From contig CALKIG010000114.1 in assembly GCA_937989945.1 (NCBI GenBank), positions 3,330 to 67,329 of the forward strand: a DNA stretch of 64,000 bases, given 5' to 3'. This stretch comes from an uncultured Actinomycetes bacterium (lineage in GTDB: Bacteria > Actinomycetota > Acidimicrobiia > Spongiisociales > ZC4RG35). Positions 7,628-18,508 of the stretch are shown piece after piece (the first letter of the stretch is position 1; every line of letters starts with the position of its first letter). The notes below the pieces were generated by a model. The model saw only the letters and a list, made by a program, of their open reading frames with translations. It was not told the origin of the DNA and did no database searches. The position numbers were made by a program, and so were the translations under genes.

Positions 7628-8369
7628 CAGTTTTGTTACTACCAATTCTCCTCAAGTGGGGAGAGGAGTTGGCGGCCAGGTCATTTCTGCCTGACTCTGC
7701 ATGTCGCCATGCAGCTCGGACTATATCTTCACCCATCTGACTGATGGGGTTCGGCGTATAGTCTCTGAGGGTTCTGAATTCCTACGATCTCATGTAGCTT
7801 CCACTTCCGGTATCGGCCATCCCCGTTCATCTGAAAGGCCAGGCGCACCAGCCGATCGAAACCCGATCGATTGAGATGTGCTCCTGCCTCCATCGATTCA
7901 ACGATGATGGCAAATATTTCGAAAGTGCGTTGCTTGTCTGAGAGCAATGGATTTCGATGAAAGAAGGGTATGACCCGTTCCATGAGGTGACGTCTGCGTC
8001 TGACGACGTAGACCAGAGTTCGATCTGACGACCTGCTGAGGTCGTTTTGCCTGATCGAACCGCATCCGAGTACCGATTGGAATGTGGACAACACTGTTGC
8101 CCTCTCTCCGTTCTGGCTTACCCGGAACTCAGGAACAAGTTGGAAACCATTCGTCAGGTCGAGTCGTCGAGTGACTCCAACTGAGAATGAACCTTCTCCA
8201 TCGGCGAATCCACTTAGGTAGGACTCCAGCCTTCCCTGCTGATTATCCGCACCGATCGGATTTTCACTTCCCATGTCGCCACCCTACGAAGAGGATGTGA
8301 CATGAATGAGTACCGTCGGATACACGGGTTTTCCAGCATATAGCCGAATTTATAGACAGCAATGGTCTT
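7628..8369 (-). mobile_element. group I intron in 23S rRNA helix 93 (between E. coli U2604 and U2605 equivalents), ORF-containing
   Basis: 742-nt insert. 5' exon ends in U and the insert ends in G. IGS GCUGUCU (8360..8354) pairs with exon AGACAGU, ending in a U.G wobble. Core elements: P AUGCUGGAAA 8339..8330; Q AAUCAGCAGG 8244..8235; R UCAGAGACUAUA 7768..7757; S AAGAUAUAGUCC 7729..7718. P3 is UUCGGC 8348..8343 / GCCGAA 7755..7750. Confidence 0.85.
7729..8274 (-). CDS. LAGLIDADG homing endonuclease, single-motif (homodimer-type), intron-encoded
   Basis: 181 aa. [17 protein letters not shown] is a LAGLIDADG motif near the N-terminus and there is no second motif. Size is like I-CreI/I-CeuI-class enzymes. 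Clearly homologous to the ORF at 9100..9618. Confidence 0.9.
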   Translation of the reverse strand: MGSENPIGADNQQGRLESYLSGFADGEGSFSVGVTRRLDLTNGFQLVPEFRVSQNGERATVLSTFQSVLGCGSIRQNDLSRSSDRTLVYVVRRRRHLMERVIPFFHRNPLLSDKQRTFEIFAIIVESMEAGAHLNRSGFDRLVRLAFQMNGDGRYRKWKLHEIVGIQNPQRLYAEPHQSDG

Positions 8370-8443
<74 letters not shown>

Positions 8444-8446
8444 ACG

Positions 8447-8484
<38 letters not shown>

Positions 8485-8673
8485 ACCCCCGTCGATATGG
8501 ACTCTTGGGGGGTATAAGCCTGTTATCCCCGGAGTACCTTTTAGCCGTTGAGCCATGGCGCACCCACGTGCCACCATGGGATCACTAATCCCGACTTTCG
8601 TCCCTGCTCGACTCGTAAGTCTCGCAGTCAAGCTCCCTTGTGCATTTACACTCAACGCCTGATTGCCGACCAG

Positions 8674-8715
<42 letters not shown>

Positions 8716-8994
8716 CACCGCCCCAGTGAAACTGCCTACCAGACACTGTTCCCGATCCAGATAATGGACCCGGGTTAGATGGCCGTCAGATGAAGGGTGG
8801 TATTTCAACGTTGACTCCACGACAGCTAGCGCCGCCGCTTCTCAGTCTCCCACCTATCCTGCACATCAACTGCCAGACACCAATGTCAAGCTACAGTAAA
8901 GGTTCCGGGGTCTTTCCGTCCTGCCGCAAGTAGTGAGCATCTTTACTCACACTGCAATTTCGCCGAGTCTCTGGTTGAGACAGTACCCAAGTCG

Positions 8995-9784
<790 letters not shown>

Positions 9785-11271
9785 TGGGGCTTTGTTTCAA
9801 GGCTTCGCCGAAGCTAACCCATCCACTTAACCTTCCAGCACCGGGCAGGCGTCACAGGGTATACATCGTCTTGCGACTTAGCACCCTGCTGTGTTTTTGG
9901 TAAACAGTCGCTTGGGTCTGGTCACTGCGGCCCCCTCAAGCTCCAGGACGCGAAGTCCTGTGACTTTACCGGGGCGCTCCTTCTCCCGAAGTTACGGAGC
10001 TATTTTGCCGAATTCCTTAACCAGAGTTAACTCGCTCGCCTTGGTATTCTCTACCTGTCCACCTGTGTCGGTTTGGGGTACGGGCACTTCATGTGCTCGC
10101 TAGAAGTTTTTCTTGGAGGCATGGCTTCAACGGCTTCGCCTAGATCGGCTCGGCATCACGCCTCAGACTTAATGGGATCCGGATTTACCTGGATCCCGTC
10201 CACACGCTTGCCCCAGGAACTACCATCGCCTGGGTCCGTTTAGCCTTCCCCGTCACTCCATCGCTGGCCTACTACTAACTGGGTCGGTAGGCCCCGAAGG
10301 GCTTTCCTTAGCAAGTTAGATTCGGCCGGGACGCTCATGAGGTGGTACCGGAATATCAACCGGTTATCCATCGATTACGCCTCTCGGCCTCACCTTAGGT
10401 CCCGACTTACCCTGGGCGGACGAACCTTCCCCAGGAACCCTTGGACATTCGGCGGAAGAGATTCTCACTCTCCATTCGCTACTCATGCCGGCATTCGCAC
10501 TCGTGTCGCCTCCATGGCTGGCTTACGCCGCCACTTCGATGGCAACACGACGCTCCCCTACCGCTCCAACGATCGAAATCGTTGAAACCCGTAGCTTCGG
10601 CGGTGTACTTGAGCCCCGTTACATTTTCCGCGCAGAATCACTCGACCAGTGAGCTGTTACGCACTCTTTAAATGGTGGCTGCTTCTAAGCCAACATCCTG
10701 GCTGTTTGAGCAACTCCACATCGTTTCCCACTTAGTACACACTTAGGGGCCTTAGCTGACGATCTGGGTTGTTTCCCTTGCGACCACGAAGCTTATCCCT
10801 CGTAGTCTGACTGCCGTTACTTTGGCGCACTGAGATTCGGAGTTTGACTGAAGTTGGTAAGCTTGTAGGCCCCCTTGTCCAATCAGTGCTCTACCCCCAG
10901 TGCGGAACGTACGACGCTAGCCCGAAAGCTATTTCGGGGAGAACCAGCTATCACCGAGTTTGTTTGGCCTTTCACCCCTATCCACAGGTCATCCCCCAAG
11001 TTTTCAACCTTGGTGGGTTCGGGCCTTCACGAGGTCTTACCCTCGCTTCACCCTGCCCATGGATAGCTCACTCGGTTTCGGGTCTACGGCATGCGACTCG
11101 ACGCCCTATTAAGACTCGCTTTCGCTCCGGCTACGGCTCACGCCTTAACCTTGCCACATACCGGTAACTCGCCGGCTCATTCTTCAAAAGGCAGGCGGTC
11201 ACAGCCTCCGAAGAGACCGCTCCCACTGCTTGTAAGTCAATGGTTTCAGGTACTATTTCACTCCCCTCGCC

Positions 11272-11302
<31 letters not shown>

Positions 11303-11864
11303 AGTCCGCTATCGGTCGCCAGGAAGTACTTAGCCTTACGAGGTGGTCCTCGCAGATTCACACGGAATATCCTCCGTGATACTTGGGAACACCAATCTGG
11401 AGTGTGATCAGTTTTCGTCTACAGGGCTCTTACCCTCTGTGGCCCAGCTTTCCAGCTGTGTTCGACTAACCGCCACTTTTGTAACTCCAGTCCTGCTCCG
11501 GTGAACAGGAACATGGGTCCCACAACCCCTACACAGCAACGCCACCGGGCTATCACACTGCATAGGTTTGGGCTCTACCCGTTTCGCTCGCCACTACTCA
11601 GGGTGTCGCTATTGCTTTCTTTTCCTCAGAGTACTGAGATGTTTCAGTTCCCCTGCTTACCTCACCTGGTCCTATGTGTTCAGACCAGAGTGACCGGGCA
11701 TGACCCCGGTCGGGTTTCCCCATTCGGACATCCTCGGATCTACGCTTGCTTGACAGCTTCCCGAGGCTTATCGCAGCCTGCCACGTCCTTCATCGGCTTC
11801 TGGCGCCAAGGCATTCACCATTGACTCTTAGTAGCTTGGAATATAGAGAATCCAAGACAATATT

Positions 11865-11892
11865 TGTGCTCGCTATGCAGTTCTCAAAAAGC
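11865..11892 (-). promoter_or_regulatory. 5' strand of the 23S processing stem with adjoining boxA-like element (GCUUUUUGAGAAC, 11892..11880)
   Basis: Inverted repeat with 7296..7316. The motif GCU(Y)(Y)UUGA(S)AACUG is shared with the 16S leader element at 13992..13980. It resembles the UUGAGAACUG..AUAG..CGAGCA spacer motif I remember from mycobacterial 16S-23S spacers. Confidence 0.6.
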
Positions 11893-12008
11893 CTGCGCCT
11901 TGAGCATTGCTCGAGGCGTTTAGCCCCCTTTCGGGAGCTCTGCCTCTCCTCTCGGAGAGGCTTCTGAAGGCTCAGCGAACCCACGCCTTAGCGTGGGTCC
12001 CTTGTGCT

Positions 12009-12034
12009 GCTCCTTCACAACTGAACAATGTGCT
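12009..12034 (-). promoter_or_regulatory. 3' strand of the 16S rRNA processing stem
   Basis: Plus strand 12009..12034 (GCTCCTTCACAACTGAACAATGTGCT) equals the reverse complement of 13967..13992 at 25 of 26 positions. In the RNA this gives a 7 + 18 bp helix with one G.G mismatch. Confidence 0.75.
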
Positions 12035-12210
12035 CGATCTTGCCGTCCTGTGATTTGCAGGCTCATCCAAGCTCCATTCGCTGCATGGCAGCGACGTTTG
12101 CTTGTTCCACCTGATCCTCACGGGAACTTGGCCCGAAACGAATAACCAGCGATCAACTAGAAGCTAGAAGTCGTAGCCACAATCAGGGCTCGACTTCGTA
12201 CTTGCTCCTT

Positions 12211-13742
<1,532 letters not shown>

Positions 13743-13966
13743 AAATCAGGAGTTCCCATCCGAAGATGGTCGCCATCGAAGAGATGACGCTCCGTCAGAT
13801 CATGAAGTGTTTGCAATTTGGGTCTCAGGTCGTGAAAACCTGAGAGCTTTGATTGCTACTTTGCACCGCACCGATCTGATCGTGAGATCGAAATCGGTTT
13901 GTTGCGTATTCTGCTGTTCGGTCCGTTCCTGCTCGAGGCAGGTTCCGTCCGAACATGCTGGCTTTT

Positions 13967-13992
13967 AGCACATTGTTCAGTTGTCAAGGAGC
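13967..13992 (-). promoter_or_regulatory. 5' strand of the 16S processing stem including a boxA-like antitermination element (GCUCCUUGACAAC, 13992..13980)
   Basis: Inverted repeat with 12009..12034. GGCUCCUUGACAA resembles E. coli rrn boxA UGCUCUUUAACAA (from memory). Confidence 0.65.
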
Positions 13993-13996
13993 CGGC

Positions 13997-14120
13997 CTGC
14001 CGGTACTACCGGCAGATTGCAGTATCTGCTTCGCAGAACTGCCGATGGATCGCAATCCATCGTGGCGTTCCCTCTTGGAACTGCCGGCGGATCGAAATCC
14101 GCCGTTGGCTTCCTCTCTGG
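13997..14120 (-). repeat. three consecutive leader stem-loops; two form a 42-nt tandem direct repeat (14037..14078 and 14079..14120)
   Basis: Plus strand AACTGCCGATGGATCGCAATCCATCGTGGCGTTCCCTCTTGG / AACTGCCGGCGGATCGAAATCCGCCGTTGGCTTCCTCTCTGG. The stem arms GATGGAT/ATCCATC versus GGCGGAT/ATCCGCC differ by compensatory double changes. A third hairpin, CTGCCGG-tacta-CCGGCAG, lies at 13997..14015. Confidence 0.7.
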
Positions 14121-14187
14121 GATGCCAATCCGCCCGGGCCTGAGCCCAAGGCTGTCCCACCGCTCTTGAATCTCGGGTGGGCCGGCA

Positions 14188-14216
14188 ATGATATCGCACA
14201 GCCCGTGCAGAATCAA
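14188..14216 (-). promoter_or_regulatory. candidate sigma-A type promoter for the rrn operon (TTGATT-17 nt-TATCAT)
   Basis: Sense TTGATT (14216..14211), 17-nt spacer, TATCAT (14193..14188), immediately after the tyrS terminator. It lies upstream of leader sequence that must be transcribed (the processing stem at 13992). Motif match only. Confidence 0.3.
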
Positions 14217-14252
14217 AACTCGGTGTGCGCGCTTCGTGTGCGCCTCACCGAG
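14211..14252 (-). terminator. intrinsic terminator downstream of tyrS
   Basis: Sense CUCGGUG-AGGCGCACACGAAGCGCGCA-CACCGAG followed by UUUUGAUU. It is preceded by a second GC-rich hairpin, GGGGAGG-cgag-CCUCCCC, at 14279..14262. Confidence 0.55.
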
Positions 14253-14318
14253 TCGGTGGGTGGGGAGGCTCGCCTCCCCTGCTGACGGAATAGTAACCCG
14301 GTGGGGTCCCTATGCAAA

Positions 14319-15509
14319 TCATTCAGAAAGGCCGGCAAAACGCCGCTTTCCCACCTGCAGAACGCGCCCCGCGAGTCTCTCCCGTGGCACCTCCTGCTCG
14401 TGGAGTGCGTCCCCATCGACTTTCACCGCACCCTGCTCGATGAGTCGCCGTGCCTCGGAACCCGATGTTCCGAAGGCTTCGCGGATCAACGCCGGCAGGT
14501 TTACGGGGTCGTCCTCCGGTAGTAGAAACGCCGGCACGTCATCGGGTATTCCCCCATGCTTGAAGACCTCGTCAAAAGCGATTTCGGCCTCTTCGGCTGC
14601 CTGCTGGTCGTGGTAAAGGGCGACAACACTCCGCGCCAGGAGTCGCTTGGCGTCGTTGGGATGAAGCTCACCCGATTCGATTTCGTCGAGGATGCGATCG
14701 ACATTTTCCGGATCGAGGTCGGCCGCGAGTCTGAACCACTGGCCCATTGTCTCGTCGGGAAGGCTCATTGTCTTGCCGAACATCTCAGACGGCTCGTCCT
14801 CCACCCCTACGTAATTGCCCAGCGATTGAGACATCTTCTTCGTTCCGTCCGTGCCCACGAGCAGTGGAACGGTGAGAGCTACCTGAGGGTCCATCCCGTA
14901 GCGCTCCTGAACGGTCCGTCCCATCATCAGGTTCCACAACTGGTCGGTTCCACCGAGCTCGATATCGGCTTCCACCGCCACGGAGTCGTATCCCTGGAAT
15001 AGTGGATAGAGAAACTCCATGACCGAGATCGGCACTCCATCGGCGAAACGTTTCGCAAAGTCTTGACGCTCCATCATCTGCGCCACGGTTGCCGCCGATG
15101 TGAGCTCGAGGAGTTGGGCCATGTCCATACTGGCCAGCCACTCCGAGTTGCGGCGAATCTCCAGGTTCTCGTCGAGCAGAATCCTGTTGAACTGACGCAA
15201 CACGTTCTCGGCGAAACCGTCCACCTCCGCCTTCGTGAGCCGCTTTCTCGTCTCGCCCCGGTCGGATGGGTCGCCAACCTGGGCTGTGAAATCGCCGATG
15301 ATGAGGACGGCAGTGTGACCCATCTCCTGGAATTGGCGCAGCTTGCGCAGCACGACCGCCCATCCAAGAGTGACCGACGGTGCGGTCGGGTCCACGCCCA
15401 ACTTCACCCGGAGAGGGCGATCAAGCTCGAGCTTCTGCTTCAGCTCGTCTTCGGGGGCGACGCGATCGGCGTATCGCAGAGCGAGGGCAAGCTGTTGGTC
15501 AGGTGTCAT
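14319..15509 (-). CDS. tyrS: tyrosine--tRNA ligase
   Basis: 396 aa. Class I signatures (HIGH region variant around LGVDPTAPSVTLGWAV, KMSQS for KMSKS), GGTDQ, and a C-terminal S4-like RNA-binding domain. Confidence 0.95.
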   Translation of the reverse strand: MTPDQQLALALRYADRVAPEDELKQKLELDRPLRVKLGVDPTAPSVTLGWAVVLRKLRQFQEMGHTAVLIIGDFTAQVGDPSDRGETRKRLTKAEVDGFAENVLRQFNRILLDENLEIRRNSEWLASMDMAQLLELTSAATVAQMMERQDFAKRFADGVPISVMEFLYPLFQGYDSVAVEADIELGGTDQLWNLMMGRTVQERYGMDPQVALTVPLLVGTDGTKKMSQSLGNYVGVEDEPSEMFGKTMSLPDETMGQWFRLAADLDPENVDRILDEIESGELHPNDAKRLLARSVVALYHDQQAAEEAEIAFDEVFKHGGIPDDVPAFLLPEDDPVNLPALIREAFGTSGSEARRLIEQGAVKVDGDALHEQEVPRERLAGRVLQVGKRRFAGLSE

Positions 15510-15557
15510 CGACGGTCAGGTTAAACATCGTGTTGCAGGGGCAGTAGCGGGGCTCGG

Positions 15558-16121
15558 CTATCCGACTGAAGTCGCCTCGACGAACCGCCATGGAATGTCC
15601 TTCGCTCGTGAGATGCCGACGCGTGGCGTTGCCATGACCAAACCAGCCGGGGCCGCTCCGGGCTCGAGCCTGACCACGCTCGCCGGGTCGAGAAGATCGA
15701 GCCCATTGTGATCGCCGATGATCCCGAGGGCTTGGGTCAGCTTGCCCGGTCCATCGGTGAGTGAGTCCCTTCTCCCCCGCCGACCGATGACCACCCCCTT
15801 GCCATCGATGATCTCCCCGGCCCGCATGAGGATTCCCCACCCAACTCCGGGTGGTCCCGCAGCGGTGTTGGCACACCAATGGATGCCATACGATCGATAT
15901 ACGTAGAGGGTCCCTGGATCTTTGAACATCGAGCTGTTGCGAATCGTCTCGCCCCGATAGGCATGAGACGCCGGGTCGTCCGACCCCTTGTACGCCTCGA
16001 CCTCCGTCAGGCGGATCCTCACCTGCTTGTCGCCGATGTCCGACACGAGATGTGCACCGATGAGACGTGGCGCGGCGTCCTCAGGCGGCCCGCTGAGAAT
16101 GTCACGAAGAACCGAGCTCAT
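15558..16121 (-). CDS. mpg: DNA-3-methyladenine glycosylase (Mpg/AAG family)
   Basis: 187 aa. RLTEVEAY....DPASHAYRG.T.RN..MF..PG.LYVY.SYGIHWC.N is the AAG/Mpg signature. Adjacent to tyrS as in mycobacteria. Confidence 0.85.
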   Translation of the reverse strand: MSSVLRDILSGPPEDAAPRLIGAHLVSDIGDKQVRIRLTEVEAYKGSDDPASHAYRGETIRNSSMFKDPGTLYVYRSYGIHWCANTAAGPPGVGWGILMRAGEIIDGKGVVIGRRGRRDSLTDGPGKLTQALGIIGDHNGLDLLDPASVVRLEPGAAPAGLVMATPRVGISRAKDIPWRFVEATSVG

Positions 16122-18508
16122 TCAGCTCCGCGCAGCCGGGCTCCCCGGGACTCGCCTGCGGCGATCATGGCGGATCGAATCGGTGCCACCTCTTCGTTGG
16201 TCAGGGTCCGGTCGGGCGCACGCAGCCGGTAAGAGATCGCAATTGCCCTGCTTCCCCCGCCGAGACCTTCGCCTTTGAACTCGTCGAAGACATGTGCGTC
16301 CTCGAGCAGGTCTCCCGCGGCGCCAGAAGTTGCCTCGAGCAGGGCCGCAGCGGTGATTCCCTCGGCGACAACGAATGAGAGATCGAAGTCGACCGGGGGA
16401 TACGAGGAGGGCGTCACGGCATCCTTCAATCCAACCGGCTCGAGAAGCGGCCCCAGGTCGAGCTCGGCCGCCCCCACCCTTCCCGGGAGGTCGAAAGCAC
16501 GTGCGACACTCGGAAGCATCTCCCCGACGTGACCGAGCGAGGTGTCTCCGACGGATACCCGGGCCGTCCGCCCCGGATGGAACCCGGGTGCCTCAGCATG
16601 TTCGACGCGGGCTTCGTCGATCCCGAGCGCGGCAAGAAGATGCCGCAACAGGCCCAATGAGTAAGGCGCGTCAGGCTCCAGCATCGTTTCGCCGATGACA
16701 GAGGTTCCGATGGGGCCCACCAGCACCCACCCCAGGCGCTCAACCTGATTGGGGAGTCTGTCATCCATTGGATACCGATCGGTCGTGAAGACCAGCCCTG
16801 TCTCGAACAGATGGACCGAGCCGGCGCCACGACTCAGGTTGTACTTGGCGTTGTTGAGCAAGCCAGGGAGAAGTGTCGTTCTGAGTCTCCCCTCCTCGTC
16901 ACGCAGAGGATTCTTGACTCGAAGCATCCGCGCCACCTCATCGGACCTGCCCACAGCGACTAGATCCTCTTCACTTACAAAGGGAAGGTTGATGGCCTGA
17001 TTCAGCCCGACGCCTGCAAGAGATTGCCGTAGAGCACGAAGCCGTCTCTGCTCAGCCGTGAGGTAGCCGGCAGGACCCGTTGGCACCGTGGCTCCGAATC
17101 GGTCGAAACCATGGATCCTGGCGACTTCCTCAACCAGGTCGGCCGGACGAGTCACATCTGGTCGATAGGTGGGGACGGTGACCTTCATCGGTTCATCTCC
17201 TGCCACCTCCATACCGAGGCGCTCGAGGATTCCGGCGATGTATGGCCCATCGAAGCCGTCGCCGAGGAGCCGAGTTACGTCCCGAACCCTCAAGTCGACG
17301 ACCGCTGGAACGATTTCCGTGGAGACGTCGACAGAGCCCTCGAGGATGTGGCCACCGGCGAGTCGGGCCAGCATGGCCGAAGCGCGCAGATTGGCGATAT
17401 CGGAGAGCTGTGGGTCAACGCCGCGTTCGAACCGGGTCGATGCCTCGGATCGAAGCCCATGCCGGCGCGACATGTACATGATCGTCGGCGGATCCCAGGA
17501 GGCCGCCTCCATGAGGACGTTGACGGTCTCTTCCGACACCTCGCTACGCGCACCTCCCATGGTCCCCGACATGGAAGTTGGACCTTTCTTGTCGTAGATG
17601 ATCAGGTCATCGGTGGTGAGCTCACGAGTTACGTCGTCGAGAGTCACCATGGTCTCTCCCTCGGCTGCGCGCTTCACCGTGAGCGTTTCGCCTTCGATCT
17701 TGTCTACGTCGAAAGCATGGAGAGGGTGTCCGAGCTCGTACATCACGTAGTTCGTGACGTCGACGATGTTGGAGATGGACCGCACCCCCACCTTACGCAG
17801 ACGATGCCTGACTCTGAGCGGAGACCTACCTGGGGTGACTCCACGGATCTCACGCGCAGTGAAACGGCGGCAGCCGACGTGGTCTTCGACGATCACCTCG
17901 ACGTTGGTCTTGCCGTCAACCGTCTCGAATTCGATCTCGGGCACTCGATGTTCGATCCCGTAGTGGGCGGCGAGGTCTCGCGCCACACCCATCATCGACA
18001 TCATGTCAGGGCGATTTGGCGTGATCGCAAGGTCGAATACGACATCCGGCAACTCCACGAGCTCGTCGAAGAGAGTTCCGGGATCCGGCTCGCCGTCGAG
18101 GACGAGAATCCCACTGTGGTCGTCGCCCAGGCTCAACTCGCTCTCTGAGCAGATCATCCCGTTTGATACGACCCCACGTATCTCCCGTCGACCGATTTGG
18201 AAGTCTCCAGGGAGCACCGCGCCGGGCACCGCAACGGCCACTGAGGCGCCTTCGGAGAAGTTCCACGCGCCACAAATGATCTGCTCGGTGGAGCCACCGA
18301 TGTCAACCTGGCAGACCCGCACCTTGTCGGCATCGGGGTGCTCCGAGATCTCCAGGACTTTGCCGACTACCACGTCTTGCCATCCGATCGTCAGCTCCTC
18401 ATAGCCCTCGACTTCGTGACCGAGCATGTCGATGACCGCTTTGAGCTCCGCCGGGTCTTCGGTAGGGAGCTCGATGAATTCCTTCAGCCAACTGAGTGGG
18501 ACCTTCAC
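16118..18508 (-). CDS. pheT: phenylalanine--tRNA ligase beta subunit
   Basis: 796 aa. MKVPLSWLKEF N-terminus, tRNA-binding OB domain, B3/4 and B5 domains, C-terminal FDX-ACB-like domain. Confidence 0.95.
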   Translation of the reverse strand: MKVPLSWLKEFIELPTEDPAELKAVIDMLGHEVEGYEELTIGWQDVVVGKVLEISEHPDADKVRVCQVDIGGSTEQIICGAWNFSEGASVAVAVPGAVLPGDFQIGRREIRGVVSNGMICSESELSLGDDHSGILVLDGEPDPGTLFDELVELPDVVFDLAITPNRPDMMSMMGVARDLAAHYGIEHRVPEIEFETVDGKTNVEVIVEDHVGCRRFTAREIRGVTPGRSPLRVRHRLRKVGVRSISNIVDVTNYVMYELGHPLHAFDVDKIEGETLTVKRAAEGETMVTLDDVTRELTTDDLIIYDKKGPTSMSGTMGGARSEVSEETVNVLMEAASWDPPTIMYMSRRHGLRSEASTRFERGVDPQLSDIANLRASAMLARLAGGHILEGSVDVSTEIVPAVVDLRVRDVTRLLGDGFDGPYIAGILERLGMEVAGDEPMKVTVPTYRPDVTRPADLVEEVARIHGFDRFGATVPTGPAGYLTAEQRRLRALRQSLAGVGLNQAINLPFVSEEDLVAVGRSDEVARMLRVKNPLRDEEGRLRTTLLPGLLNNAKYNLSRGAGSVHLFETGLVFTTDRYPMDDRLPNQVERLGWVLVGPIGTSVIGETMLEPDAPYSLGLLRHLLAALGIDEARVEHAEAPGFHPGRTARVSVGDTSLGHVGEMLPSVARAFDLPGRVGAAELDLGPLLEPVGLKDAVTPSSYPPVDFDLSFVVAEGITAAALLEATSGAAGDLLEDAHVFDEFKGEGLGGGSRAIAISYRLRAPDRTLTNEEVAPIRSAMIAAGESRGARLRGAE

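Noticed and set aside
11842-12210. tRNA genes in the 16S-23S spacer
   Set aside because: No GTTCGAATC-type T-arm or cloverleaf could be drawn, and actinobacterial spacers normally lack tRNAs. The spacer instead contains the two processing-stem strands.
13982-13987. A perfect TTGACA hexamer upstream of 16S as the rrn -35 box
   Set aside because: The best downstream -10 candidate (TAAAAG) lies only 14 nt away. The hexamer also lies inside the boxA-like element and the 26-nt 16S processing-stem strand, which must be transcribed.
13997-14120. Tandem repeats as a mini CRISPR array or as a repeat-peptide gene (79-aa track ORF 13977..14216)
   Set aside because: There are only two 42-nt units, with no spacers and imperfect identity. 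Differences are concentrated as compensatory stem changes, which indicates RNA structure. The 79-aa ORF needs a TTG start inside the putative promoter and has no SD. A short internal frame with an SD-like sequence is mentioned in the finding but is considered unlikely.
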